From Zygnema circumcarinatum SAG 698-1b (lineage: Eukaryota; Plantae; Zygnematophyceae): a DNA stretch of 64,000 nucleotides. Positions 1 through 10,946 of this stretch are shown here, piece after piece; the stretch's first letter is position 1, and every line of letters starts with the position of its first letter. The stretch is from positions 5,061,909 through 5,125,908 of the forward strand of contig CM074804.1 in NCBI GenBank assembly GCA_037447605.1, in the 5' to 3' direction. The notes below the pieces were generated by a model, which worked only from the letters and a program-made list of their open reading frames with translations, ran no database searches and was not told the origin of the DNA. Made by a program: the position numbers and the translations under genes.

Positions 1-107
1 AGTTCCTTAAGGGAGATTCGTCGAGCAGGTTCTACCGCCTCCTTGACAGCAACGTCCTCCTTGTGAGCATCTACCGGAGCAGGCAGCGCTTCCCCTCCCC
101 TGCCCAT
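1..107 (-). CDS. 5' end of a gene running off the window; probable cytochrome-b5-domain protein (front-end or sphingolipid desaturase-like)
   Basis: ATG at 107 in GCCATGG context reads MGRGGEALPAPVDAHKEDVAVKEAVEPARRISLKEL to the edge. An MG(R/K)GG start followed by 'ISxxEL' is typical of N-terminal cyt-b5 domains of desaturases. The HPGG motif would lie outside the window. Confidence 0.45.
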   Translation of the reverse strand, partial: MGRGGEALPAPVDAHKEDVAVKEAVEPARRISLKE

Positions 108-2432
108 GGCTGCGAAAGCTGCAGCAACTCGCCCCTCTCCTGCACGCACGCAGGCAGGCAGGCGCCTTCTACTAGGCACCAGCGGCCGCAGACTGCTGCC
201 AGGACTGCGCCGGAACGTACGGCCCGGCCTGGCCCGCGCGGGAGACCCCAATAATCCCGCCCCGCCCCGCCCCGCGACCGGAGGGACGGACGCACGGACG
301 CACGGACGGACGGACGGACGGACGGACGGGAATGTCAAATTTGAAAAATTTCCACTGCCGTTCCAGCCTTCAGGAGGCGGAATTTTCGGGCGGCAGCCAA
401 CGGGCAGCCCGTGACAGGAGCCCGGGCAGGGCCTGGGCGGGCATGGCATGGACATGGCCAGGCCATGACGCCATTGACATGTGAGATGGCATCACCCAAG
501 CGCCGCACGAGCATGCCGTACAGTACATCATTCGTACATAACCGTACGGCGCGGAGCGAGCTGGGAGTGTCGACAGGGCGCGCGCGGTCTGACAGGGCGC
601 CGGCGACGTGGAGCCCTGCGGGCCGTGCGGCGGGGCCCCGCGCCCCCGCCCCGGCCCGCCCAGCCCCGGCCGACGCGCGAGTCCGGTACCGTACCGTGCG
701 GGGCCTTCCTTTTTGGAGCGGGAGGAAGGAGGCGACGACTGGGCGGGTGGCGAGCGCGGCGGGAACATGGACAGGACCGTAACATGAACGGACAACTGCG
801 AAGAGACTTTGCTGGCCGTCTGCTGACGCACGCACGCCCGCCCGCCCGCTGTAAAATGGGCCATCGCGCAAGTGGGATTGGCCGTACGATCCACGATCCC
901 GTGTCGTGGCGGCTTTGCCTGCGCGCCGCCCGCCTGCCCTGCAGCAGCCTCGCGCCGTACGGGGAGCGCCGTCGCCATCAGGTGACCGCTGCCCGCTCAC
1001 GTACGGACGGGGAACAGACGAACTGCCCTGTCTAAAAGTTTTCCCCATGAAAAATTTTCCTCGACCGACCCGCGGCGATTGCCGCATGGTCAGCTCTCGC
1101 CTTTCCCGGAAAAAAATCTGGACGCCTCGCTGCATGCGGTCCGCATCATGTCGGCGGATCTCACGAGGGCGGCAGCGCGTTGTCGCACTCGCTGCAGCAC
1201 CGCCCACTGCCGCCGTACGGTACCGCCCAGAAATCCTGATCTCGGGGGCTGAATCCTGGACGTAGCAAGACCGGGATGGACCAGAACCTGTATCGCACAA
1301 CAGTGCCGTACATGCCACGAGGTCGGTTTCTGGGTTTGTGGATCCACAAGGTCCTTCCTCCTTCGTCCGAAGTTACGACAAAGCCCTCGCACTAATGAAT
1401 TACAACTGATAAACTGCCACGTGGCCTCCCGTGATATTAGTTTGTTGATCGGGTGGGTGTACGGTGCGGTGTAAACCTGTGTAAGTACTGTAGAGGGTTA
1501 CGGTACGGAATCAGACTCGACCAGCTTTTGCGCCTGACCGTGAGGCGACGCGTCCCGAGAAAAAAATCTGGGCGCGTGCCGGCCACGGTGGGCCTGCGGT
1601 CGGAGCGCGCTGCCCGCGTGGCGGCGGGGCTTATCCGCGCGGCGAGGGGGGGAGGGCGGCCGGGATATTTTCCTGACAAGAATCCTACCGGCCACCGCCG
1701 AACGCGGCACCGACCACTCGTGACTTTTTGCTCGCTGCAGTCGACCGGCTGCCCGTCCTCCAGTGCGCAACGGCCACGTGCACACATGTTGGCTTCGACG
1801 AAGGCTCGCAGTCTAATGCACGGCGCTGGACCGACAAGATCTGGGTCCTCGGAGATTTTTTCCACACACGTGGACAGGTCCATAGGGCACCGTACCGTAG
1901 CGTAAGGGAAAAAAAGGTTTAGGTCCCACAATGGCGGCCCTCCCCTGCCCCAAGCGGAAGCATCCTCGATCCAACGGTAGCCTGGCGCTTCTGGGAAATT
2001 GGAAAGAAATTGAGCGGAACCCGGAAAGCAACGAGGAAGAAAATTCCCGGAAGAAAAGAAGTTGAGAAGAAAATCAACAAGTGTTTCACTTTTGCCGCTG
2101 TCGCATGCCGGTACGGAGCGTAGCGAACGTCATCGTCGCAGCGGACGTGTCGCATTAATAATGACGTTGGTCGCTGGACCCCGCGCGAAAACAGGGACGT
2201 TGATTGCCGTACGGTGACACTACGGTTCGCCGGACCGTAACTTTGCACCATACGCTGTTCGTATGTCGTTCACATCCCAGTAAGAACCAACTGCCCAACT
2301 AGTGAGCCGCTACATGGACTAGCTTTACTATTTCGCGTAGAAAAGTACCGTACCTCGTGAGATCAATGCCACATCCCTTTTTCGCTTTAGTTCGCCAATG
2401 AAACTGGCAGCGCAAGTTGGGAAATGTTGTCA

Positions 2433-3090
2433 TTGATGTGGCATTAATCTCACGATAACGATGCCATCATTTGTACATGGTCACAATGAAAACGGAGAAC
2501 CACGAGGAACCGGTCACGAAGGACCTAAGGACAAAAGAAAAAAGCTGTGAGCGAAAATTTACTTCTAAGCTCAACAACTCGGCCCTAGCAACCGCCGCGC
2601 GTAATGTTTTTCAATCTATTCTTGCTTTGAGCGCCGTGACCGAAGGGAACAAGCGACCGTAGGGCGCGAAGGTCGCCGATGTGTGGCACATCGCGCGGAG
2701 GGACGGAGAGGCGGACGACCACGAGGACGGTCAGTCGGCACGCAAAAGGAGCGTAAAAGCGAGAAGGGCAACGCTGGAGGGCGACGGATATGCGCTGTCG
2801 ATAAAAAGTTGCGAGCATCGCTAGAGGGCTTCAAGGGCCGTGCGCACATCTGAAAGGAGCGATGGGCGCACTGGCGAAGGAAGGCATCACAGGGGCGTTG
2901 AGGCAACAACCATAGGAAGAATCTCGTCGGCAGAGGGCAAACGGGCGCTCCTCGCGGAAGGCCGCATCGCGAGCGGCAACGCCTTCATGGTGCGTGGTGC
3001 GTGACAACACTGTTGCGCGTCGGACGGATCGGCCAACACATCATCCCCACGAATGCGTCGAGCGCCGTCCAGGAGCGCCAAATCAGGTCA
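2433..3090 (-). mobile_element. Degenerate remnant of an RLE-type (CRE/R2-like) non-LTR retrotransposon: decayed coding fragments plus 3' UTR
   Basis: Minus-strand ORF 2585..2818 contains FYRQRISVALQR...PHIGDL, resembling the C-terminal 'FQRxSVALQRGN' motif of RLE non-LTR elements. Upstream RLPSADEILPMVVA weakly resembles the RT 'RPIAVGE' motif. The downstream ~150 bp recurs four more times in the window. Confidence 0.55.
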
Positions 3091-3320
3091 AACCCCGCCC
3101 TCGCCGTGATTGGTCAGCCGAGGGCGGCGCAATCTGGTTCGGCTCGCGTCGCACAACAAAGCGCCACCGCAGCAATCGCGTCGCGAGCAACGACACTGCA
3201 AGAGCCAGAGACCGCGCGCACGTGTACTCACCGCGCTAAAGGTCCGGGGCATTCCGGCGCCTGCTTTGCCACGTCGCGATAGCTCAAGGTGGAACTTCAT
3301 TTGGTTCCCATAGAGAGATT

Positions 3321-3478
3321 GGGACGTGTCAGACTTCAAAAACGTTCGTATGCGTGTTCGTAAGTTTGACACCAGAACGAGTACTCCAGTAACATAGCGA
3401 TCCTCCTTTGGCTGAGTACTTTCGTAACCCTCCTTTTCGAAACGCTTGTCGTATGATTTTGTTAAGTCTGACACGCCC
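3321..3478. mobile_element. ~155 bp MITE (family B; TIR GGG-CGTGTCAGACTT), possibly Tourist/PIF-like
   Basis: Left GGGACGTGTCAGACTT and right AAGTCTGACACGCCC; homologous internal sequence at 50617-50759 and, inverted, at 59303-59453. TSD not clean. Confidence 0.65.
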
Positions 3479-4146
3479 TATTACCGCTGAATTACCCGAA
3501 TTTCCGTGTTTTGGGCAATCATCCAAAGCGGTTAGCGAGTAGCGGCGCATGGCGCCCACATCGGCCCACGACCTACGCCACGTTCAGAACATGAACCGGG
3601 CGCCACCGCTCGAGCCAGAAGTGGACGCCTCGCTAAGATGTGGTCCACGCGGCCACGCGGCCTTCCTCGTGTTCACTCCACGTTTCTGACACCGTCACTC
3701 AAAGGACGCGGCTCGGCCAATGCAGTTAACACGAGCATCTTAACAGCCGTCTCGCCATGGAGGTTCGCGTCTCGTGGCCATGCGCGTGCGCCACTTTGAC
3801 AACGCCGAGACCCTCGTTCGTTCCAATCCCCGACCCGTGTTCGCTAGGAGCCAATTCATTCATGAGGTTGCAACATCCTGCAGGTTGCTCAATGTTTTCC
3901 TTTCGTTTGTAGGACAGCTGGGACCCTTGGTTCTCCATGCGGCTTTTGTCCATGTACACTGGACGGCGCGTGAGACCAATGCCAAATCCATTTCCACGCT
4001 GCCCGGACCGTACGGCGACCGCCATGCGCGGAACTGTTTCATATTGCAACAGCGCACAAATAATGGCCTCCCGAGTCCCGCCTCCTCCCTTGGGCCGCAA
4101 ACCTAAACCTAAACCTTTCCATTAATTACCGCGAGGCAAATCTGCA

Positions 4147-4733
4147 CAGGTCGGACCATTGCATCAGCAACCATTGGACAACCATTGCATGGCAATGGTC
4201 GGGCGATCAAATGGTTCGCAACCATTGCCATCCAATGGTTCGGAACCATTACAATGGTTGGCAACCATTGCCATCAAATGGTTTGGAACCATTGCAATGG
4301 TTGGCAACCATTGGACGCAACCAATGATGCATCCAATGGTTCGGAACCATTCCAATGGTTGGAACCATTAGATAGAAAACGCAACATTCTCTCCGCCGAT
4401 AGTCGGATTCGGACTCAAGACTCGAACGTATGGAAAGACGTGCTCCAACCATTATATCGCAAAGTCGCAAAAAGTTTTGATAGAAAAATCGATCATAAAT
4501 TACAAAAATCTCGAATCCAATGGTTCGAACCATTGGCAATGGTTGTTTCGGTCTGACGGCAATGGTTGGCTACCATTGCAATGGTTGGCAACCGTTGCCA
4601 TCCAATGGTTCGGAACCGTTACAATGGTTGGCTGGCTCTCGATTCATTGGTTCACAAACATTGGCAATGGTTGGCTGGCTCGCGATCCAATGGTTCACAA
4701 CCATTGCAATGGTTGACGCAATGGTCCGACCTG
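4147..4733. mobile_element. hAT-like MITE (family A) with CCATTG/CAATGG palindromic arrays and a tRNA-like core
   Basis: TIR CAGGTCGGACCATTGC / GCAATGGTCCGACCTG; many AACCATTG/CAATGGTT subterminal motifs; homologous to 33171-33630 in opposite orientation. TSD degenerate in this copy. Confidence 0.8.
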
Positions 4734-4872
4734 TGCAAATTGAATCTGTAGCGCTCTGTCCGCTGACCTCTGCAGCGGAGCGCGATCACATTCAGTAGGG
4801 CAGTGCGCCGTGGGCAGACCTCGCCCAGGTCGGCGCTGGCGAGCCGCCACCGCTGCTTCAAGCCGCGCACAA

Positions 4873-7800
4873 ATGCGGAGCAGGCAGGCGGGCATTGCGC
4901 GCCACCGGCCGCGCGGAGGCAGCCATGGCTCCGTGGAGTCACAGCGCCTTAGTGCGCCTTCCAAGGCGGGGGCTGTTGCGGAATACATCCCCTGGCGTTC
5001 CGCATTTTTGGCGCTGATGATGTCAAGGTCTGCTAGTCTAAACTGTGCTTACGTGCTGCCGGAGCGTTCAGATTCTGCTTAAGGCTTTGGATAATTGTCA
5101 ATGTAGCTTCGCATCGAAACAACAGCAACACACAGTTTGTTTAAAATATTCGAATCCGGAAACAGTAAGCATTTATTTTTCGGAAATGAACAACAAAAGT
5201 ATGGCAAACTTGACACAAGTGTGGAGCGCTCCAACCTTGTCCAATCAGATTTCCCTCATCGACAAACTCATGCCTGTTCATTGTCCTTAGGCACTTAGTC
5301 ACAATTGTAACTTGAAAAAAAAATAGGTTCGGCGACTGTTTTGATCTACAAAAATGTACGGTTAGCGAGATAAGCAGCACGGTGTTTTTGGAAGTATGAA
5401 CTTGCGTGATTGATCCAAGCATTTGCTTCGGTTACTGCTTGCAAGTGTAAGAATGTTGTGCAATGTCCTTTAGGTCATAGGGGATTCTTTTGATATTATC
5501 CGTATCGTTTTCGTTTGCAAAAAGCATTTAGCATTGAACGGAGTCATTCAGTTTTTTTTTTTGACGATTTAATGGCGTAGCATTCGACTGGAGCCAATAT
5601 TCAAATGTTGCGATTTTGAGTGACAAAGTGATTTCTTGGTTCTAGAAGCGCTACGGTTTTGCTTATCTTTAGAGAATGGCCATTGTTAAAGAATCTAATC
5701 ACGAACAGTCATCAAAGGAATTCTGTATTGAAGATAAAGAACGAAAGGTGTTGCACATGGAAAACCCGCGAATGTCCAGATTATGGTTTTAAAAGCATTC
5801 GCTTATCTTAACCTGTACAAGCCTCTTCAAAAGCCATCACCAGCAAATGTTGGCCAGGTTCGTGTGTATTGAGAATTCAGCTATTGCTATCTATTCATCC
5901 GAGATGCAAACATGGTGATGTATCTGGGTAGGTGGCTAAGCGCCCAAAAGAATATAATTCATGACTGTGATGAGACTTTCAACTACTGGGAGCCTCTCCA
6001 TTACCTCGTTTACGGCTCAGGCCTTCAAACATGGGAATACAGGTAAGAAGGACTTCCCTGGCTAATGGGAATGTCCTTAACTCAAGTGATCCGTAAGATA
6101 CACATCCGGAGCAGACCTATTAGGGGAACAGCGTGCGTTGGAGCAGAAGGAATTTAACGTTTTGCTTTTCAAAAGCTACAATTCTGCTACTAGGCATCTT
6201 TTTTCGATCTGGCAGTAAAAAATGCATTTCTGTCTGCAATTCAGAAGGTTCATTGCTGGAGGCTTGGATGACGCAGCCTTGTAGCGATCTGTCGTGGAGC
6301 TTGTGGGCTTGGTCTCGTGCGTAGCGCATGCATCCATCGTTAGTGTCAAGAGGTCAAGAGGTGTGCCTGCCGCATTAACACGACACTGTCGGGGCTGTAC
6401 CTGCAGCGCGGACTTTGGCCTGCGCTCATACCTCTACGTATTATGTCACGCACTGATGGTCGGACCAGCAAGACTTTTGTTCGGTGATGGGCCTTTCAAG
6501 GTACAGATATTCCAATTTAGATCCTTAAAAGGTCCATAGAGGGAAAAACTTGTTTTCGAGTTTCGAATCCCAGGGTGCGAATGGCGTTACCAGTTTGGCA
6601 GCAGCATATTCAAGTTAAGCCATGAGTTAGCAAAAACGCCTGCTGGAACTTGTTTAGACCAGCTGGCGAGAAGTATTCAAGGGATTGTAAGTGTGGTAAC
6701 GAGCAGAGATAGCCATGCATGTAGGCAGAGTATAGCTCTTGCTTCAAACACTCAAATTGTGAGAGCATTGGCCTTCTCCTTCACAGGTATATGCTTTCTT
6801 TTCCCTCCGAGTGATCCTTGGTGCGATTTCTGCAGCGACTGAGGCAACACTCGTATCTGCTGTGAGCCGACACATGGGGCGTCGCCTCGGGGCTTATACG
6901 TTGTTGCTGCTTTGCTTCTGCAGTGGCTGCTTCATTGCCAGCACGGGTACGTCTCGAACTTTTTCTACTTCAATGCCTTTTGGCCTTTGCCCTCGATGTA
7001 AAGGATTCCATGCTCAATTCCGAAGTTGTGTGGAAGCACTGCCATCGCTGAGCATCCGTGAGAACGTCCTGGTACTTACCTACGTAAATACTCATATTTC
7101 TTTTTTCCTTGTTCTGTTCTTGTTTCCTTGTTCCACAGCATTTCTCCCTAGCACGTTTTCCATGTACACGCTCACTCTCGCTACTGCCTTTCTCCTGCAA
7201 GGCCGACTGCTAGTTGCTGTCTCTGTAGCAGCTGTGGGAGTCCTATTGGGATGGCCCTTCTCCGTGCTTGCAACCGTCCCCCTTGTCCTGTACGCGCTCA
7301 CTGTTGGAGGCTTTTGGCGAGTCGTGCTCGCAGGAGCGGGTGCTTCCCTAGGCATTCTGGTATGCTTTCCGTTCGAAATCTGGTCATTGTAGCAGATGTT
7401 GAAGCAGATGTTGTACCTAGTGTTGCCCTTGAATCTCATGCCCCATGCTCGCTGAAGTAGGATTATTTGGCCTTTCTGCAGTACCAAGGGGCACTTCATT
7501 TCCTGCCTGGAAGCATGCCTGATTGTCTCCTCTTGGTTCAGTGTTGTGCAGGTTCCCTCTCTTCTCGTGGATCGTTATTTTTACGGGCGCTGGACTTGCT
7601 CCATTTTCAACCTCATAGTATATAATGTAGGGGGGGGTGGAGATAGTGCATTGTATGGAGTGGAGGGCCCTCTCTTTTATCTTCGCAATGCTTTCAACAA
7701 CTTCAACTTAATGCTCCCAGCCGTGCTCGCCCTGCCTTTGGTCATGTTGTGGGTGCGGAAGCGCGGCTATGGTCGTTTGTTTCTGGCAGTATCATCCGTT

Positions 7801-9532
7801 TATTTGTGGACGGGTTTTATGTCACTGCAGCCTCACAAGGAGGAGAGGTGTGACTCGTTTCTTTCAGTTTTTACACTTTTTTCTTTGTCTGACATTGAGT
7901 CGACTTTTTGCTGGCCGGCAGCCAAATTCCGATCACGGTAATCATTTGTATGTCCAGGTTTCCATATTATTTTTTGTGAACGGCAAGCTAATTTCAAAGT
8001 TTTGCTTTATGGCGTGTTCAGGTTTCTCTTCCTTGTTTACCCGCTCGTCTGTCTCGCTGCAGCAACCACCATAGAAGCGCTTCCTGATATGCTTCCCCTA
8101 TCACTCCATGGATCCTCCGAGCGTCCATCATTCCTCTTGCAGGTTTTAGTCTCAATCCCCGCTTTTGTCTCTATTCCTTTAGGAATGAGGTGTCTCCGAC
8201 TACTCCAGTTCAAATGTGGCGGGGAACGGCTCGGCGTTTGGAATTGAAGATTGTATTTTCCAAAGTACCAATGCTGCTATCCTGCTCTGTTCATTCCGCG
8301 GCCAATGTCCAATAAAGTCATCATGCAATGCTCACGTGCTGAATGTGTGAAACTTTTGTTTCTGTCCGGTGCCTGGTTGCAGTCTGTGAAATGGAGCCGC
8401 CCCCTTGTGATTGCAATCATTCTGTTGTTGTCATATGGTCGCAGCAAAGCCGTTCTATCAAACTATGCTGCGCCCATGCATGTCTACCGTCACCTTCCTC
8501 AACTCTCCGTTTCGCATTCCTTGGCTGCAGAAAAGACATGTAAGATCGCTGTAGTCATGTAGTCGGTTTTGCTGCTTGTTATCACATGATCCCCGCTGCT
8601 TGGGATGGAGAAACTGATCATTTTCTTCCATTCAAAATTGCAGCGATAGCGGTTTGCGTGGGGAGCGAGTGGCACCGTTTCCCGTCGTCCTTCTTTCTGC
8701 CCTCCTCTCATTATCACTTGGCTTTTGTGGACGACGGGTTTCGAGGTCTACTCCCTTTCCCCTTTGATGCAACCGCAGGAGGAACAGCATCTGCCCCTCG
8801 CTATTTCAACAATCAAAATAAGGCCTCGCCGCATCAGTTTGTAAGCCAGCATTCAACCTGAGCGCCAACGCCCCCCCTCCCCCCCCACCCCTCACTTCCC
8901 CGTTCATGCATCACAGTGCTGCTTCTGAAGATACGAGCAAGGCCGAACCCTCGGAGCAGTTGCCGCCTTTGACCTTTGCAATTTCTGTAATGAACTGTTT
9001 TTTTGAAATTGGGCCAACTATCTCAGAAAAAGACAAATGGGTGTTCATGCTTCATGGAGGGCTTCCCTTGAATCTGGCTCCTTATGAGATGGCTGATGCT
9101 TTTTTCTGGCAGGTGGACGAGGCAATATGTGACTATCTGGTTGAACTAGACCTGCAGCGCGATGCGTTCAAATCTCGTGGGAGCAATTCCTCCATTTGGC
9201 AGGTGGGCAGTGGAAACATGAATGCTAGACCCAGGAACAGTCTTTGACCCTGACTGGGGAGTCAGAAAGCCGCCTTTCTACTGCCCTGACCATGCAAAGA
9301 TGCCTTCAGCATTTACGCCCAAGAACATGTCCTCATGTGAGTAGCCATCCTGCCATGCCTAGCCTCGTAACGTTCTGTTGGAAAGCTGAGAATCCAGGTT
9401 GTGTATGAGGAGCCGTATTTGGATACAGCACAATCGCCGGCATTGTTCCGCGCCTTCGACATTCCGGGCGTTAGCGAGAAGTACAATGTGTTCGGGTCGT
9501 ACCGGCTGCTGCGGAGGCGGCGGAGCAGCTGA
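4873..9532 (+). CDS. ALG9: Dol-P-Man alpha-1,2-mannosyltransferase ALG9 (GT22), multi-exon
   Basis: Exon 1 4873-5027; exon 2 5932-6042 (NIIHDCDETFNYWEPLHY...QTWEY); later exons carry LGWPFS, YNVGGGGDSALYGVEG, QPHKEERF, CVGSEWHRFPSSFF, DDGFRGLLPFPF; last exon ends NVFGSYRLLRRRRSS* at 9532. Colinear with plant ALG9. Confidence 0.95.
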
Positions 9533-10166
9533 CCCTTCCTGCTATGAGCCAGCTGCTCTGTTCTGATGTGTGCGGCTCGGGGCCGGCCTCGCTGAGGGCC
9601 GGGCCATGCGAGGAGGGGGGAGCTTTGTGGACAATTGGTGATGTTACCTTCTTGTTATCGATTCGGGCTGTTGTTGTTGTTGAGATGGATTGTGCAACGC
9701 AAATTCACATCATAATACAAGCTACGATTTTGTAGCTGGAGGCTTTCTGGGTTCGGGATTTTCAACTATGGAAATTTTCAAACCCCACATACGTTGAATG
9801 GCTGAAATCTTCGAGAACCCTAATCCATTGAATAGTCTAATTCTTCCAAAATCCTTCAAAACTTAGAAATTCCAAACCATCCATGACCCGACGCCATTGA
9901 CATGTATAACCCAACCCGCCCCCGTCCCCTTCCCCCTCCCCAAAACCTTAAACCCTTGTAAAGTGTAAACTATACACAAATCTGAACACCTTGAAGTGCG
10001 TAAACTTTCCAAAACCCTTGAAAAGAGAGATTAAGGTTAGCGTTGAAAAGCCAAATGTTTCCAACATCCTACCTTTGGAATGTCAAAACCTTTGGAAAGA
10101 CGAGCCCGCTTGTCAGAACAAGTTTATTTTGTACGGTTCATCTGTGTGACTGCATGAAACCACGCA

Positions 10167-10335
10167 CAGTTCCGTATGGCGTGTCAATCTTTGACATTTC
10201 ATGAAAATAAAAATTAGTCGAAGTCAGGACAAGGTTTCCTGTGACATAGTTGTAAAAGTGAAATCCGAAAGTTCTCTTCACGAAAGACCGCAAGCCCCGA
10301 GAGATTGTCAGAGATTGACCGCCGTAGCAGAACTG
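10167..10335. mobile_element. ~170 bp Tc1/mariner-like MITE
   Basis: Imperfect ~30 bp TIR CAGTTCCGTATGGCGTGTCAATCTTTGACA versus TGTCAGAGATTGACCGCCGTAGCAGAACTG; flanks CA / TA (possible mutated TA TSD). Confidence 0.55.
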
Positions 10336-10419
10336 TAACTATGACTGCGTACGCAACTGCGACAAAGAACAGCGACGGCCTCAAGAAATGCACATGATTG
10401 CGAAAACCTCATAAAGGAA

Positions 10420-10580
10420 GTGATGTGGCATTGATCTCACGATGGCGATGATGCCATCAAATGTACATGGCCAAAACCTTCATGGGGAACCACGAGGAAC
10501 TGGTCGCGAAAGGACCTAAAGGAGGAAAGAAAAAAGCTAGGACCGGAAAGCTACGCCTAGGCTTATAGAGCAAACGCATG
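10420..10580 (-). repeat. 5'-truncated 3'-end copy of the RLE-type LINE
   Basis: GTGGCATTGATCTCACGATGGC...GCCATCAAATGTACATGG...GAACCACGAGGAACTGGTCGCGAAAGGACCTAAAGG...AAGAAAAAAGCT matches 2437-2546. Confidence 0.7.
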
Positions 10581-10946
10581 TGAGATGTCCACGTGAGGTC
10601 AGCTCAACTTCTCCCCCCCTAAACGCATCCCTATGTTTAAAAAAAAAGAAAAAAGAAAAAAGAAAAAAGAAGAAAAATTGTGGCGAAAAAGCGTTGCCAT
10701 GCGCTAGCTCTCTGATGCTCCAGCCTACGCTAGAGTATTACATTATCATTTCTCCTGCTTTTAAGGTGTGCGCCTTGCAGGGGGCTCTACCGCCGACTAT
10801 CTGATTGTCCCACTACCTAGCTTGTCCCTCCTCAACCTTCTAACTTTCTGACGCATTGTTACCTAGAAACATCAGCAGCACCTCCGTGCATATGCAAACT
10901 CCTATAAAGTATCGTCGCTAAAGGATAAGTGACTGCAAGGAAAGCC

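Noticed and set aside
1497-1900. Possible inverted-repeat element (TACGGTACGG and GAAAAAATCT motifs)
   Set aside because: Similarity too short and patchy; no TSD found.
335-1931. Long overlapping ORFs (up to 327 aa) on both strands
   Set aside because: Arg/Ala/Gly/Pro-rich products of very GC-rich spacer DNA; no domain motifs or splice-consistent structure.
4159-4798. CRISPR-like array or repeat-protein ORFs (NGSEPLQW repeats)
   Set aside because: Repeats are short, degenerate and lack unique constant-length spacers; eukaryotic context with no cas genes; explained as MITE subterminal arrays.
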